Assembly: GCA_902571135.1 (NCBI GenBank) | Contig: CACGAU010000006.1 | Location: 20,061 to 84,060 of the forward strand | DNA: 64,000 bases | Source of the DNA: an uncultured Pelagibacteraceae bacterium | GTDB lineage: Bacteria > Pseudomonadota > Alphaproteobacteria > Pelagibacterales > Pelagibacteraceae | Reading direction: 5' to 3' | Translations under genes and position numbers: made by a program | Notes under the pieces: generated by a model | Databases searched by the model: none | What the model was told of the DNA's origin: nothing | The model's input: the letters and a program-made list of their open reading frames with translations, nothing else | In this document: one piece after another, positions 21,525 to 32,889 of the stretch | How positions within the stretch are numbered: position 1 is the first letter of the stretch | Layout of the letters: the number at the start of each line of letters is the position of its first letter

Positions 21525-22856
21525 ATGACAATCTTTGCTTTATCAAGTGGACCTGGTATTTCGGGAGTTGCTGTAATTAGGCTATCTGGAAAAGAAACAT
21601 CAAAAGTGATTAAGCTTTTAACAAATAAAGAAATCCCAAAACCAAGAGTGGCAACATTGACAAAAATCAATAAAATCAATACTTCTGAGCTAATTGATGA
21701 GGGCCTTATTCTCTGGTTTCCTGGGCCTGAGAGCTACACAGGAGAGGATATGGCCGAAATTCATGTTCATGGCAGCAAGGCCGTTGTTGATGCCCTGCAC
21801 TCTTCTCTTTCTGATATAGAAAATTGTAGATTAGCTGAACCAGGTGAATTTACCAAGCTAGCATTTCAAAATGGAAAAATAAATTTACTTAAAGCAGAAA
21901 GTATCGCTGATTTGATCTCTTCAGAAACAGAAATTCAAAGACAACAAGCAATCAAAATAATGAATGGAAAATCATCTGATCAATTTAATTTTCTTAGAGA
22001 AAAACTTTTAAAAATTTTATCACATGTTGAAGCAAAAATTGATTTTCCAGAGGATGATCTGCCTAATAATATTTTAGATGAAATCAAAAATAGTTCAGAT
22101 GAAGTAATAAATAAAATAAAAAAAATTTTAAACGATCAAAAAGTTGGAGAAAGAATTAGAGAAGGTTTTAAAATTGCTATCCTAGGACCAACCAATGCCG
22201 GCAAATCTAGTTTGATAAATCATTTATCTAATCGTGATGTTGCAATCGTTTCTGAAATTGCTGGCACAACTAGAGATGTGATTGAAACCCATCTGAATAT
22301 AGATGGATATCCAGTTATAATTTCTGATACAGCCGGAATAAGAGATTCTAAAGATGAGATAGAAAAAAAAGGAATTAAATTATCTCTAAATAGAGCTGAA
22401 GAAGCAGATCTAAAGCTTGTTGTGATTGATGCAAAAAAGCTCGATTTTACTGATGTTTTGAAGGATTTGTTACACGAAAATGCAATTTTAGTTATAAATA
22501 AGTCTGATCTTTTAGAAAAAGATATTGATCCAGAAATTAAAAAAATAAATCATGTTTTAATTTCAATTAAAGAAAATAAAAACATTGAAGAATTAATTTC
22601 AAAAATAAAAAATAATTTAAAAAATAAATTTCTTACAAGTGATGATATTTTAATTACAAGAGAAAGACATCGACAACATCTACAACAGTGTTTGGATCAT
22701 CTAAATAACTTCAATCAAAAAAAGGAAATTGAAGATTTTGATAAAGCAGCAGAAGATTTAAGATTAGCTACAAGACATTTAGGCATGATAGTCGGAAAAG
22801 TTGATGTAGAGGAGATATTAGGTAGTATTTTCAAGGATTTTTGTATCGGCAAGTAA
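21525..22856 (+). CDS. mnmE: tRNA modification GTPase MnmE
   Basis: GPTNAGKSS, GTTRD, DTAG, NKSD, C-terminal FCIGK. Confidence 0.98.
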   Translation: MTIFALSSGPGISGVAVIRLSGKETSKVIKLLTNKEIPKPRVATLTKINKINTSELIDEGLILWFPGPESYTGEDMAEIHVHGSKAVVDALHSSLSDIENCRLAEPGEFTKLAFQNGKINLLKAESIADLISSETEIQRQQAIKIMNGKSSDQFNFLREKLLKILSHVEAKIDFPEDDLPNNILDEIKNSSDEVINKIKKILNDQKVGERIREGFKIAILGPTNAGKSSLINHLSNRDVAIVSEIAGTTRDVIETHLNIDGYPVIISDTAGIRDSKDEIEKKGIKLSLNRAEEADLKLVVIDAKKLDFTDVLKDLLHENAILVINKSDLLEKDIDPEIKKINHVLISIKENKNIEELISKIKNNLKNKFLTSDDILITRERHRQHLQQCLDHLNNFNQKKEIEDFDKAAEDLRLATRHLGMIVGKVDVEEILGSIFKDFCIGK

Positions 22857-22973
22857 TGCCCCATTTTGCTGTTTTTTTGGACTTTTTTTATCAAAAAACG
22901 TTGATAAATAAGGCATATTTACAAAAAATTAAGCCTATCTTGTAAATTATATAATCACATATAGATTTGGATT

Positions 22974-24845
22974 ATGAAAAATGATTTGTCATTTGATGTA
23001 GTTGTAATTGGAGGAGGTCATGCTGGATGCGAAGCTGCAGCAGCTTCTGCTCGTCTTGGAGTGAACACTGCCCTATTTACTCATAAAATAGAAACTATCG
23101 GTGAGATGTCTTGTAATCCGGCAATCGGAGGCTTGGGTAAAGGTCATTTGGTTAGAGAAATAGATGCCCTAGATGGTGTTATGGGAGATGTAGCAGACAA
23201 ATCGGGTATACAATTTAGATTGTTAAATAGAAGTAGAGGGCCAGCAGTCAGAGGACCACGAACACAATCAGATAGATCACTTTATCGTAAATATATGCAA
23301 GAAATATTGCTAAACTATTGTAATTTAAGCGTTTTTTCTGACCCTGTAATAAAATTTATTTTTAATAAAAATTCAATAAGTGGATTTGAAACCAAAGAAG
23401 GAAAGAAAGTTCTATCGAATAAGATAATACTTACAACAGGGACTTTTTTAAATGGTTTGATACATATAGGTGAAGAAAGAACTCCAGCAGGTAGATACGA
23501 CGAAAAACCTGCTACAGGTTTGAGCGAACAATTAGCAAAATATAATTTTAAAATTGGAAGATTAAAAACTGGAACACCACCAAGGTTAGATTCAAGGACA
23601 ATTAATTTTGAAAACTTAGAAGAACAATTCGCAGACGACGATCCTTATTTTTTTTCATTCTTAACAAAAAAAAATCTAAATAAACAAATATCTTGTCGTA
23701 TGACCTATACAAATGAAAAGGTTCATAACATTATAGAAAAGAATTTATCAAAGAGCGCTATGTACTCGGGCAGTATAAAAGGGGTAGGCCCAAGGTATTG
23801 TCCATCTATAGAAGATAAGATAGTAAAATTTGCAGATAAAGTTCGTCACCAGATATTTTTAGAGCCAGAAGGTCTAAATGATCACACAATTTACCCAAAT
23901 GGTATATCGACATCGCTTCCAGCTGAGGTACAACAAGAAATATGTAATAATATCAACGGTTTAGAGAATGTTACTATTTTGAGACCAGGATATGCGATAG
24001 AATATGATTATATAGATCCACGTGAACTATTCCTAACTCTTGAAACCAAGAAGATAAGCAATCTTTATCTTGCCGGACAAATTAACGGAACGACAGGTTA
24101 TGAGGAAGCTGCTGCACAAGGCCTTATAGCTGGAATAAATGCTGCCTTGTCTGTAAAAAAAATGGAACCATTCATACTTGATAGATCTGATGCATACATT
24201 GGAGTAATGATCGATGATTTGGTGACTAAAGGAGTAGCTGAGCCATACCGTATGTTTACATCAAGAGCAGAATATCGATTGAGTTTAAGATCTGATAATG
24301 CTGATCAAAGATTAACTGCAAAGGGAATAGAAATTGGTTTAATAGGTAATGAGAGAAAAGAAATATATTTGAGAAAATTTGAACAAATTAGTCAAATAAA
24401 TTTAAAAATGAGAAATTCTAAGATTTCACCCTCTAAAGCTGAAAAATTTGGAATAAAAATAGCAAAAGACGGAATATTAAGATCATCTAGCGAAGTTTTA
24501 ACTCAAAAGGGGGTAAATATGCGTAAAATTAGGAAAATATGGTCTGATATACCCTTTTTTAGCAAAGAAATTGATGAACAGGTAGAAATAAATGCTCATT
24601 ATAGGGGATATTTAAAGAAGCAAAAAGCCGATATTTTAGCATTTAAGAGGGACGAAAACTTAATTATTCCAGATAAAATCAATTATGACGGGTTATCAGG
24701 ATTATCTAATGAGGTAAAAGCAAAATTTAAAGAAATAAAGCCCAAAACAATGGGTCAAGCTCTAAGAATTGATGGAATAACTCCTGCCGCTGTATATATT
24801 TTGTTGTCACATGTTAAAAGAAAGTCTATTAAGCATATAGCTTAA
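22974..24845 (+). CDS. mnmG: tRNA U34 modification enzyme MnmG (GidA)
   Basis: [45 protein letters not shown]. Confidence 0.98.
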   Translation: MKNDLSFDVVVIGGGHAGCEAAAASARLGVNTALFTHKIETIGEMSCNPAIGGLGKGHLVREIDALDGVMGDVADKSGIQFRLLNRSRGPAVRGPRTQSDRSLYRKYMQEILLNYCNLSVFSDPVIKFIFNKNSISGFETKEGKKVLSNKIILTTGTFLNGLIHIGEERTPAGRYDEKPATGLSEQLAKYNFKIGRLKTGTPPRLDSRTINFENLEEQFADDDPYFFSFLTKKNLNKQISCRMTYTNEKVHNIIEKNLSKSAMYSGSIKGVGPRYCPSIEDKIVKFADKVRHQIFLEPEGLNDHTIYPNGISTSLPAEVQQEICNNINGLENVTILRPGYAIEYDYIDPRELFLTLETKKISNLYLAGQINGTTGYEEAAAQGLIAGINAALSVKKMEPFILDRSDAYIGVMIDDLVTKGVAEPYRMFTSRAEYRLSLRSDNADQRLTAKGIEIGLIGNERKEIYLRKFEQISQINLKMRNSKISPSKAEKFGIKIAKDGILRSSSEVLTQKGVNMRKIRKIWSDIPFFSKEIDEQVEINAHYRGYLKKQKADILAFKRDENLIIPDKINYDGLSGLSNEVKAKFKEIKPKTMGQALRIDGITPAAVYILLSHVKRKSIKHIA

Positions 24846-25489
24846 TGGATCAGGAAATTTTAAATTCTTATTCTAGAATCAATCATTTAAATGTTTCACG
24901 TGAAACATTTTTGGACTTTGAAAACTATATATCGATGATTCTTGAAAAAAATAAAAAAATCAACATAATTAGCCAAAATACAGCATCAAAAAAGGCTATA
25001 ATTGACCGTCATATAATAGATTCTGCACAAATTATTGATTTTATTGACTTAAATAGCAATACAACCACAGATATAGGTTCAGGAGGGGGTATGCCAGGTA
25101 TAATCGTGGCAATTATACTAAAAAATATGAAAAATAATATGAATGTGCACCTTTATGAAAAAAGTTATCATAAAAGCCATTTTTTAAAGGAAGTGTCAAA
25201 AAAATTAAATTTAAACACAAAGGTTTTTCAAAAAAATATTTTTGAAATAAAAAATTTAGAAACAGGAACAATAATGTCCAGAGCATTTAAACCAATGCCA
25301 GTAGTTTTAGAATTAGTATATGAAAATTTTTCAAAATATAAAAATTTAATTTTTTTTATGGGGAAGAGTGGAAAAAAAATTTTTGAAAATTCGAAAAAAA
25401 ATTGGGAGCTGGAGTATATAGAAAAGAAAAGTTTAACAAGTGAAGACTCATTTTTAATAAATATTAAAAAAATAAAAAAAAAAAATTAA
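24845..25489 (+). CDS. rsmG: 16S rRNA m7G527 methyltransferase RsmG (GidB)
   Basis: RHIIDSAQ, DIGSGGGMPG, SRAF; position between mnmG and parA. Confidence 0.93.
   Translation: MDQEILNSYSRINHLNVSRETFLDFENYISMILEKNKKINIISQNTASKKAIIDRHIIDSAQIIDFIDLNSNTTTDIGSGGGMPGIIVAIILKNMKNNMNVHLYEKSYHKSHFLKEVSKKLNLNTKVFQKNIFEIKNLETGTIMSRAFKPMPVVLELVYENFSKYKNLIFFMGKSGKKIFENSKKNWELEYIEKKSLTSEDSFLINIKKIKKKN
24889..24910. promoter_or_regulatory. parS centromere site inside rsmG
   Basis: Perfect palindrome AAA-TGTTTCACGTGAAACA-TTT matching the bacterial parS consensus, about 600 bp upstream of parAB. Confidence 0.95.
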
Positions 25490-26284
25490 ATGCAAATTAT
25501 TTCAGTCATAAATCAAAAGGGTGGGGTAGGAAAAACTACTACGGTGATAAATCTTGCAGCCGGTTTATCACAAATAGATAAAAAAATTTTAGTAATTGAC
25601 CTCGATCCACAAGGTAACGCTACTACAGGTCTAGGATTATCTAATATGGATAACTCCAGTGATACAATTTATGGAGTTTTAAATGGAACTAGAGAAATTA
25701 GTGATGTGATTAAAAAAACAAAGTTTGAAAATTTAGATATTATAACATCTAATGTAGATTTATCGGGCTTAGAAGTAGAGACGGCTGATGATAGTAATAG
25801 GGCTTTTATATTAAAGACTAAATTAACCCCATATTTAAACAATTCTAGAAGGTTATATGATTATATCTTGATAGATTGCCCACCTTCGTTAAGCTTGTTA
25901 ACAGTAATGGCACTTGTAAGTTCAAATTCTCTATTGGTACCACTTCAGACTGAATTTTTTGCATTAGAGGGACTAACACAGCTAATGAAAACAATCGAAA
26001 GGATAAAAGTAAGTTTAAATCCAGATTTGAAAATCAGGGGTATACTTTTAACTATGTACGATAAAAGAAATAAGCTTTCATCCCAAGTTGAGAAAGAAGC
26101 TAGGGATTATTTTAGTGAAAAAGTTTACTCAACTGTCATTCCAAGGAATGTCAGACTATCAGAAGCACCCTCTCATGGTATACCAGTATTGATATATGAC
26201 AAGACATGTCCTGGCAGCAAATCTTACTTTAGTTTTACTGATGAGTTTATGAGTCAAGAATCAACAATTGGGAGTGCTGCTTAA
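25490..26284 (+). CDS. parA: Chromosome partitioning ATPase ParA
   Basis: NQKGGVGKTTT, DLDPQGNA, IDCPP, IPRNVRLSEAPSHG. Confidence 0.97.
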   Translation: MQIISVINQKGGVGKTTTVINLAAGLSQIDKKILVIDLDPQGNATTGLGLSNMDNSSDTIYGVLNGTREISDVIKKTKFENLDIITSNVDLSGLEVETADDSNRAFILKTKLTPYLNNSRRLYDYILIDCPPSLSLLTVMALVSSNSLLVPLQTEFFALEGLTQLMKTIERIKVSLNPDLKIRGILLTMYDKRNKLSSQVEKEARDYFSEKVYSTVIPRNVRLSEAPSHGIPVLIYDKTCPGSKSYFSFTDEFMSQESTIGSAA

Positions 26285-27126
26285 TGGATAAAATCAAAAA
26301 AGGATTAGGAAGAGGACTTTCATCGTTGATTGGTGAAACAAAAATTGAACCTCAAAAAAATCAAGTATCAATTAGTGATCTGGTCCCAAACAAGTATCAA
26401 CCCAGAAAGATATTTGATGAAGATAGTTTAAATGAATTAACAAATTCAATTAAAGAAAGGGGAATGATACAGCCTATAATCGTTAGAAATACAAACGATG
26501 ATAGATCAAAGTTTGAAATAATCGCTGGTGAGAGAAGATGGTTAGCAGCACAAAGAGCTGGTCTTCATAACGTTCCTATCGTCATAACTGAAGCAGATGA
26601 TTTAAAATCTTTAGAATTTGCTATTGTAGAAAATGTTCAAAGACATGACTTAAATCCACTTGAAGAAGCACAAGGATATAAAAGATTAATAGATGAATTT
26701 TCCTATGATCAAGAAAAAGTGTCAAAGTTTATAGGGAAGAGCAGGAGCCATATAACTAATTCTTTGCGCCTCCTTACTTTACCAGATGATGTAATCAAAT
26801 TAATTGAAACTCAAAAATTAACCGCAGGTCATGCAAAGGTTTTAGTAGGTCTTGAAAATGCAAGTTTTGTAGCATCGAAAATTATTGAAAAAAAACTTTC
26901 AGTTAGGCAAGCAGAAAATTTTGTTAAAATATTTAAAAACAAGAGACAAAAATCTCGAATTTCTAAAGACGCAAATATCATTGCCCTTGAATTATCTATT
27001 TCTAACAAAATAGGTTTAAATGTTGATATACAAAGTAATAAAAGAAATAAAGGAAAAATTTCTTTTGAATACAAAGATTTAGATCAATTAAACAAGATAA
27101 TAGATATTATAAAGTTAAATTATTAA
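26284..27126 (+). CDS. parB: Chromosome partitioning protein ParB
   Basis: GLGRGL, QPR, IIAGERRW, ENVQR.DL. Confidence 0.97.
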   Translation: MDKIKKGLGRGLSSLIGETKIEPQKNQVSISDLVPNKYQPRKIFDEDSLNELTNSIKERGMIQPIIVRNTNDDRSKFEIIAGERRWLAAQRAGLHNVPIVITEADDLKSLEFAIVENVQRHDLNPLEEAQGYKRLIDEFSYDQEKVSKFIGKSRSHITNSLRLLTLPDDVIKLIETQKLTAGHAKVLVGLENASFVASKIIEKKLSVRQAENFVKIFKNKRQKSRISKDANIIALELSISNKIGLNVDIQSNKRNKGKISFEYKDLDQLNKIIDIIKLNY

Positions 27127-28115
27127 TTATTCTTAACAGTATTTTCTAGAATAAAATCAGAGATTATATTTACAGAGTTATTTATATTTTTCTTAATATA
27201 TAGTTCAATCTTATTTAGTTGATAAATTAATTCTTTTATGTGAGCAGATTTCCAATTAGTAACTTGTTGTTTTGTAATTTCTTTATCTTTCCAAAATATA
27301 GGTGGTTTAAAATTATTAATTGTTAATTCTAAACTGTTATTTTTTTCATAATTTATCCTCAAAATTAATAATTTTTTAGCTTTATTTAAAAACATTCTTG
27401 AAATAATTATACAATCTTCTGAATTGAAGTTATTCTCATTTAAAATTTTTAGCGTCTTTTTCATATTTTTTGCTAAACAATTATCAATAAGTTCTGAAAT
27501 ACTGTAATTTTCAATTAAATTTGTTAACTTTAATATAACACTTGTGCTAATTTTTTTTTTATTCATAGAGTAAAATTTTATCTTGTTTAATTCGTTATAA
27601 AGAGCACCTCTATCACCATTAGCTCTACTTATTAATAAATTAATATCTGATTGTGATATAATTATTTTATTTTTTGAAAAAAAAGATTTAGTTAAATTTG
27701 ATAATGTTTGTGTTGTATCATCGTAAAATGGTACACAAGTTAACTTACTATCTTTTTCAAAAAAATTTCGAAGTTTAGATTTTTTTTCTAAAACTCCTGA
27801 ATTTAATATTATTTTAATATCTTTAATATTTCTTTTAAGTATTTCAGATATAATTTTTAATACTTTATCTGTTGCTCTATTAATTCTTATAATTTTATTT
27901 TCTTCAAAAAGTGATTTAGATAGTATGCTTTGAAAAAAATCATTTTCTCTATCTAATATTTCTTTTTCATCAAAAATTTGAACGTTTTCTCTATTAATTT
28001 TTAGGAATAGCTCTGATATTTTTTCATTTTTAGCACCCTCGTTAGATCCATAAAAAAGAAAATAGTTATTAGCTTTTAAACTTTCATTATTAATTTCAAA
28101 TGCCTTTTTTAACAT
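27123..28115 (-). CDS. holA: DNA polymerase III delta subunit
   Basis: FLFYG, L.KKSKLR, PPIFWK; leuS-lptE-holA synteny. Confidence 0.88.
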   Translation of the reverse strand: MLKKAFEINNESLKANNYFLFYGSNEGAKNEKISELFLKINRENVQIFDEKEILDRENDFFQSILSKSLFEENKIIRINRATDKVLKIISEILKRNIKDIKIILNSGVLEKKSKLRNFFEKDSKLTCVPFYDDTTQTLSNLTKSFFSKNKIIISQSDINLLISRANGDRGALYNELNKIKFYSMNKKKISTSVILKLTNLIENYSISELIDNCLAKNMKKTLKILNENNFNSEDCIIISRMFLNKAKKLLILRINYEKNNSLELTINNFKPPIFWKDKEITKQQVTNWKSAHIKELIYQLNKIELYIKKNINNSVNIISDFILENTVKNN

Positions 28116-28567
28116 TATAGTGTTTTAAGTTTTAAAATTAATTTTTCTTTTATACTTTCAGCAAAATTAGTTTTTATGATATTTTCATATTTCTTTTGTT
28201 CAAAAGAATCTTGTAAATTTTTAATTTTTAAAATTTCTGTGAATGTAATTGTTTGACTTTTGTTATTATAAATTATTTTAAAAGTAGCATTTGCTCTAAG
28301 TTCAAAGTTCGAGGCTTTTCCCTTGGAATCCTTTGAAATAGTTTTCTTTGAAAAATCTGAATCAATTTCAATTTCAAATATATTTAGAGAATCGTTATTA
28401 TAGTATTCTCTTAAAACTGTATTTAGTTCATTGTTAAATTCATTATTTCCTTCAAAATTATTAATTGAAATTTTTATATCACTGTCTGTATCATTATTGT
28501 AAATGCTCGAATATCCACATTGGTTTAAAAGTAATAAAATGAGAATTTTAAAAATTATTTTATGCAT
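28115..28567 (-). CDS. lptE: LPS assembly lipoprotein LptE
   Basis: Lipobox LNQCGY..IY; position between leuS and holA. Confidence 0.75.
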   Translation of the reverse strand: MHKIIFKILILLLLNQCGYSSIYNNDTDSDIKISINNFEGNNEFNNELNTVLREYYNNDSLNIFEIEIDSDFSKKTISKDSKGKASNFELRANATFKIIYNNKSQTITFTEILKIKNLQDSFEQKKYENIIKTNFAESIKEKLILKLKTL

Positions 28568-31104
28568 TAGATTATTATATTCATAATTCTATTCTCAATA
28601 TAGATTTTTTTCTTTATTTTTTGTTCTTTTATATATTTTTTTAATTTTTCATCTTTGATGATTATATCATAAAGATTATTTTCATTGATTCCTCTCTTTG
28701 CTTTAACTAACCCCCTTTTTTTGCCATTAATTTGAATTACGATTGCTATTTCATTCTCTTCTATTAGTTTTGAATCATAATCTGGCCAACTCAGAGTTTC
28801 ATTGATGCTTAGAGTTTCTAAACACTCATTTGCGAAATGAGGTATTATTGGTGTGATTACAGTTAAAATTTTTTTATAATTTTCTTTAAGAGTATTTGAT
28901 TTGTAATTATTATTTAAATCTTTAATTAAATAAGCATACGCTTCATATAAATTAGCCACAATAACGTTGTAGCTAAATGAATTAAGATTTTCTTCAACTT
29001 TTTTAATAAATTTATTTGTAAATCTATTTAATTTATCACTGCTATCTTCATCATGATTTTTTTTAATTTCTTCATGAAATCTAATATTTAAATTCCATAA
29101 TTTTTGAATAAATTTAAATGATGCAGAAATTCCCTCTATAGACCATTGAACATCCTTCTCGGGTGGACTATCTGAAAGGATAAATAATCTAACAGAATCA
29201 GCTCCAAAATCTTTAATTATGTTTTCAGGATCAATGGTATTTTTTTTTGATTTTGACATTGACTCCGATGGTCCAACTTTTACTAAATGTGAGTTATCAT
29301 TTTTCAAATATTTTTTACCATCAATATTTACAATCTCGTCTGGACTTACCCAATTTCCACTTTGATCTTTATAAGTTTCGTGACAAACCATTCCTTGTGT
29401 GAATAAGCCCTTAAAAGGTTCTTTAAATTTAAATTTATTATTTTTATGGGCCAAAGCATTCATAAAAAATCTTGAGTATAATAAGTGCAATATTGCATGT
29501 TCAACACCTCCTATATATTGATCCACTGGCATCCAGTAATTAATATCTTCATAATTAAAGCCATATTCTTTTTTTTTGGGGGAACAAAATCTTAAGAAAT
29601 ACCAAGATGAATCGACAAATGTATCCAAAGTATCTGTTTCTCTGTAATATTTTTTTCCATCAATGATGATATTTTTCCATTCAATTTCATTATCCAAAGG
29701 GTTACCTGATGTCTTTAATTTATTTATATCTGGTAACATTACTGGCAGCATATTTTTTGGAATTTTTTTTGGATTATTATTTTCGTCGTATATTATTGGT
29801 ATTGGACAACCCCAATATCTTTGTCTCGAAATTCCCCAATCTTTTAATCTAAAATTAATTTTTTTTTCACCAAAATTAATTTTTTCCAAATGTTCTATAG
29901 TTTTTATAATTGATTCATCTGGACATTGAAGCCCATTTAAAAAAGATGAATTAAATATATAACCTGGGCCTGTATATGCTTCATCCTGAACTTGAAAATT
30001 TTGGTTATCTTTTTCTGGTGTTACAACAGGTAAAACTTGTAGTTTATATTTTTTTGCAAAATCCAAGTCTCTTTGATCGTGTGCAGGACATCCAAATACA
30101 GCACCCAATCCATAATCCATTAAAACAAAGTTAGCAAAATAAACTGGAATTTTAATATTTTGGTCTAGAGGATTGATTGCAGTTAATTCAGTTTTAAAAC
30201 CTATTTTTTCTGCATTTGCAAGCGACTCTTCTGTAGTTCCAGTTTCGTTACATTTTTTTTTAAACTCTAAAAAATTTTGGTCATTTACAAAGTGCTTAGA
30301 TAAAGGGTGATCAACTGATAATGCTAGAAAAGAAGAACCAAATAAAGTATCAGGCCTTGTAGTAAAACATTTAATTTCTTCTATTGGATTTCCTGTTTCA
30401 ATTTTAAATTTTACTTCACACCCAAAAGATTTCCCAATCCAGTTTTTTTGCATAATTTTAACTTTATTTGGCCATTCTTCTAATGAGTTAAGACTTTCTA
30501 AAAGTTCTTCAGCAAAATGTGTTATATTAAAAAACCATTGATTTAATTTCTTTCTCTCAACAGGTGCACCTGATCTCCAACCTTTTCCGTCAATTACTTG
30601 TTCATTTGCTAGTACAGTATTGTCAACAGGATCCCAATTAACATACTGTTCTTTGCGATAGACTAAACCTTTGTCATATAACTCTAAAAAAAATTCTTGT
30701 TGATGTTTATAATATTCTGGTGAACATGTTGAAATTTCTCTATCCCAGTCTATCGAAAGTCCTAACAGTTTTAATTGTGATTTCATGTTTGAAATATTTT
30801 CTTCTGTCCATTTTTTTGGACTTAGGTTGTTTTGTCTAGCTGCATTCTCTGCTGGCATACCAAACGAATCCCATCCCATAGGATGTAAAACATTGTAACC
30901 TTGTAGTGACTTGTATCTAGCAAGAACATCCCCGATTGTATAATTTCTTACGTGTCCCATATGGATTTTACCTGATGGATATGGAAACATTTCAAGACAG
31001 TAAAATTTTTTTTTAGTTTTATCTAAATTAGTTTGAAATAATTTTTTTTTATCCCAAAGTTTTTGCCACTTTTCTTCTATAGATTTAAAATTATACCTTT
31101 CCAC
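28567..31104 (-). CDS. leuS: Leucine-tRNA ligase
   Basis: [27 protein letters not shown]; GTG start. Confidence 0.98.
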   Translation of the reverse strand: MERYNFKSIEEKWQKLWDKKKLFQTNLDKTKKKFYCLEMFPYPSGKIHMGHVRNYTIGDVLARYKSLQGYNVLHPMGWDSFGMPAENAARQNNLSPKKWTEENISNMKSQLKLLGLSIDWDREISTCSPEYYKHQQEFFLELYDKGLVYRKEQYVNWDPVDNTVLANEQVIDGKGWRSGAPVERKKLNQWFFNITHFAEELLESLNSLEEWPNKVKIMQKNWIGKSFGCEVKFKIETGNPIEEIKCFTTRPDTLFGSSFLALSVDHPLSKHFVNDQNFLEFKKKCNETGTTEESLANAEKIGFKTELTAINPLDQNIKIPVYFANFVLMDYGLGAVFGCPAHDQRDLDFAKKYKLQVLPVVTPEKDNQNFQVQDEAYTGPGYIFNSSFLNGLQCPDESIIKTIEHLEKINFGEKKINFRLKDWGISRQRYWGCPIPIIYDENNNPKKIPKNMLPVMLPDINKLKTSGNPLDNEIEWKNIIIDGKKYYRETDTLDTFVDSSWYFLRFCSPKKKEYGFNYEDINYWMPVDQYIGGVEHAILHLLYSRFFMNALAHKNNKFKFKEPFKGLFTQGMVCHETYKDQSGNWVSPDEIVNIDGKKYLKNDNSHLVKVGPSESMSKSKKNTIDPENIIKDFGADSVRLFILSDSPPEKDVQWSIEGISASFKFIQKLWNLNIRFHEEIKKNHDEDSSDKLNRFTNKFIKKVEENLNSFSYNVIVANLYEAYAYLIKDLNNNYKSNTLKENYKKILTVITPIIPHFANECLETLSINETLSWPDYDSKLIEENEIAIVIQINGKKRGLVKAKRGINENNLYDIIIKDEKLKKYIKEQKIKKKIYIENRIMNIII

Positions 31105-31129
31105 AAAATTTTCCTTTTAGCAGCAAGTG

Positions 31130-31681
31130 TTATCCTTTGGCGTCTCCACTACCTTGGTAAGGTTTAAAATTTTTATCTTTATTTTGTTTTTTATAAATTG
31201 CGGCTTTTTTTAAAATTTCTTTTTTAAGCTCTTTTTCTAAGCTACCTTCTCTTTGAGTAACAATACAATTTAAAGCATCCTGACATTTTTTATAAAATAT
31301 AGTGATGTCTAGAGCATCAGATCTGATTTCATTACTCAAAAATCTTACAGTAATTTTAATAGATTCATTTTGATTTTCTGTGTACCAGTCAGTTATTATA
31401 ATTCCACCGCTGTAATTTGCAGATAATAATGGCATAAAATCTATTGTGTCTAATGATGCTCTCCATAATTCGTTGGAGCTAGCAAACTCAAAATTACCAC
31501 CTCCACCAATTCCTTTTTTAATAGCATTGTCCAATCTAAAGCCCCTACCTTCTTCTAAATTTTTTTGAACTCTTTTTTCTGGCTCAGGTGGAAATTTTCT
31601 TGCATCACCAGGATTGCACGAATTTAATAAAAAAACTGAAAACAAGCAGAACAGGAATATTCTTATGATTTTTTGAGGCAT
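31130..31681 (-). CDS. DUF3576-like lipoprotein
   Basis: Lipobox LNSC; LWRASLDTIDFMPL...GGIIITDWY; typical position upstream of leuS. Confidence 0.85.
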   Translation of the reverse strand: MPQKIIRIFLFCLFSVFLLNSCNPGDARKFPPEPEKRVQKNLEEGRGFRLDNAIKKGIGGGGNFEFASSNELWRASLDTIDFMPLLSANYSGGIIITDWYTENQNESIKITVRFLSNEIRSDALDITIFYKKCQDALNCIVTQREGSLEKELKKEILKKAAIYKKQNKDKNFKPYQGSGDAKG

Positions 31682-31891
31682 AAATTACAAATATGTTTAA
31701 CAATGACTTATATACATAAAAAATAATAATTAAAAAAACATATTAATTTATGGGATAAATAGTGTTGCAATAATACAACAAATTCAAAAAATATCACTAT
31801 TTAAGGGATTTTTTCAATAAATAAGGTCACAAGATGATAAATCTACCGTGTTTATTATTAATAATTAAAACAAAATAAAGGAGTAATTAAT

Positions 31892-32872
31892 ATGAACAAC
31901 TTTAAAAAAATTGGATTATCAGCACTTGCTGGTTCTCTAGTTGCTGTGTCTGCAAATGCAGCTGATGTATCACTAAGCGGTGGCGCATCTGTTGCTTTTA
32001 CAAGTGCATTCGACGGTGACAAAACTGGTTACTACATGAATGACAGTGTAACTTTAACTATCTCAGGTGAGACTGATGGTGGTTTAACTGTAACTACTAG
32101 CCTAGAGCTAGATGGTGATACAGGTGCTGGTAACTCATTCGATAGTAAAAGCATTAAAATTTCTTCAGAAGAGTTCGGTACAGTTACTTACGCTGGTCAC
32201 GGTGGAAGTACAGTAATCGGTGGTTGGGATGATGTAATGCCAACTGCATACGAAGAAGTATTTGCATTAACAAAAAAACAAGCTGACGGTACTACTGATG
32301 GAAACACAGTAATCGCTGGTTTAGGTGGTAACTCGCTATGGAGATACGACTCTCCAGCTGTTAGCGGTGTATCAGTACATGCTGCTTATCATGCAACTGA
32401 ATCAGATGCATCAGGTAAAACACCTGCTAAAGTAAGCTCATACCATGACATGGGTATTCAATATGCACCAGAAATGGTTGAAGGTTTAACTTTAGGTTAT
32501 GCAATTGGTGAGTACGATGAGACTTCAACTAAAGCTATCGATATTTCAACTATGTGGGTGAAATACGCGATGGGTGGTTTCACTGTTGGATATCAAGAGT
32601 CTGAAAGAGAAGGAGCAGCTGCGACTGATTCTGATGAGTCAGAGTCTTGGGCAGTTTCATACGCTGTAAGCGATGAATTCTCAATATCTTACGGTAACCA
32701 TGAGTACACTGAAGGTACTGACACAGATGTTCAGGATTCATCTGGATTCTCTGCTTCATACACAGCAGGTGGTGCATCTATTAAAGCTGCATTTAACTCA
32801 ACTGATAACATTCAGAACTCTTCAGCATCTGATGAAGACTCTTACGAAATAGCTATTTCGTTTGCATTCTAA
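31892..32872 (+). CDS. Major outer-membrane porin
   Basis: Signal peptide ending SANA, beta-strand pattern, C-terminal Phe (ISFAF), AAGGAG RBS, biased codon use. Confidence 0.92.
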   Translation: MNNFKKIGLSALAGSLVAVSANAADVSLSGGASVAFTSAFDGDKTGYYMNDSVTLTISGETDGGLTVTTSLELDGDTGAGNSFDSKSIKISSEEFGTVTYAGHGGSTVIGGWDDVMPTAYEEVFALTKKQADGTTDGNTVIAGLGGNSLWRYDSPAVSGVSVHAAYHATESDASGKTPAKVSSYHDMGIQYAPEMVEGLTLGYAIGEYDETSTKAIDISTMWVKYAMGGFTVGYQESEREGAAATDSDESESWAVSYAVSDEFSISYGNHEYTEGTDTDVQDSSGFSASYTAGGASIKAAFNSTDNIQNSSASDEDSYEIAISFAF

Positions 32873-32889
32873 TCTAGTTAGAAGATAAT

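Noticed and set aside
31892-32872. Porin as a horizontally acquired island because of higher GC
   Set aside because: No mobility genes or flanking repeats; composition fits small-residue content and high-expression codon bias
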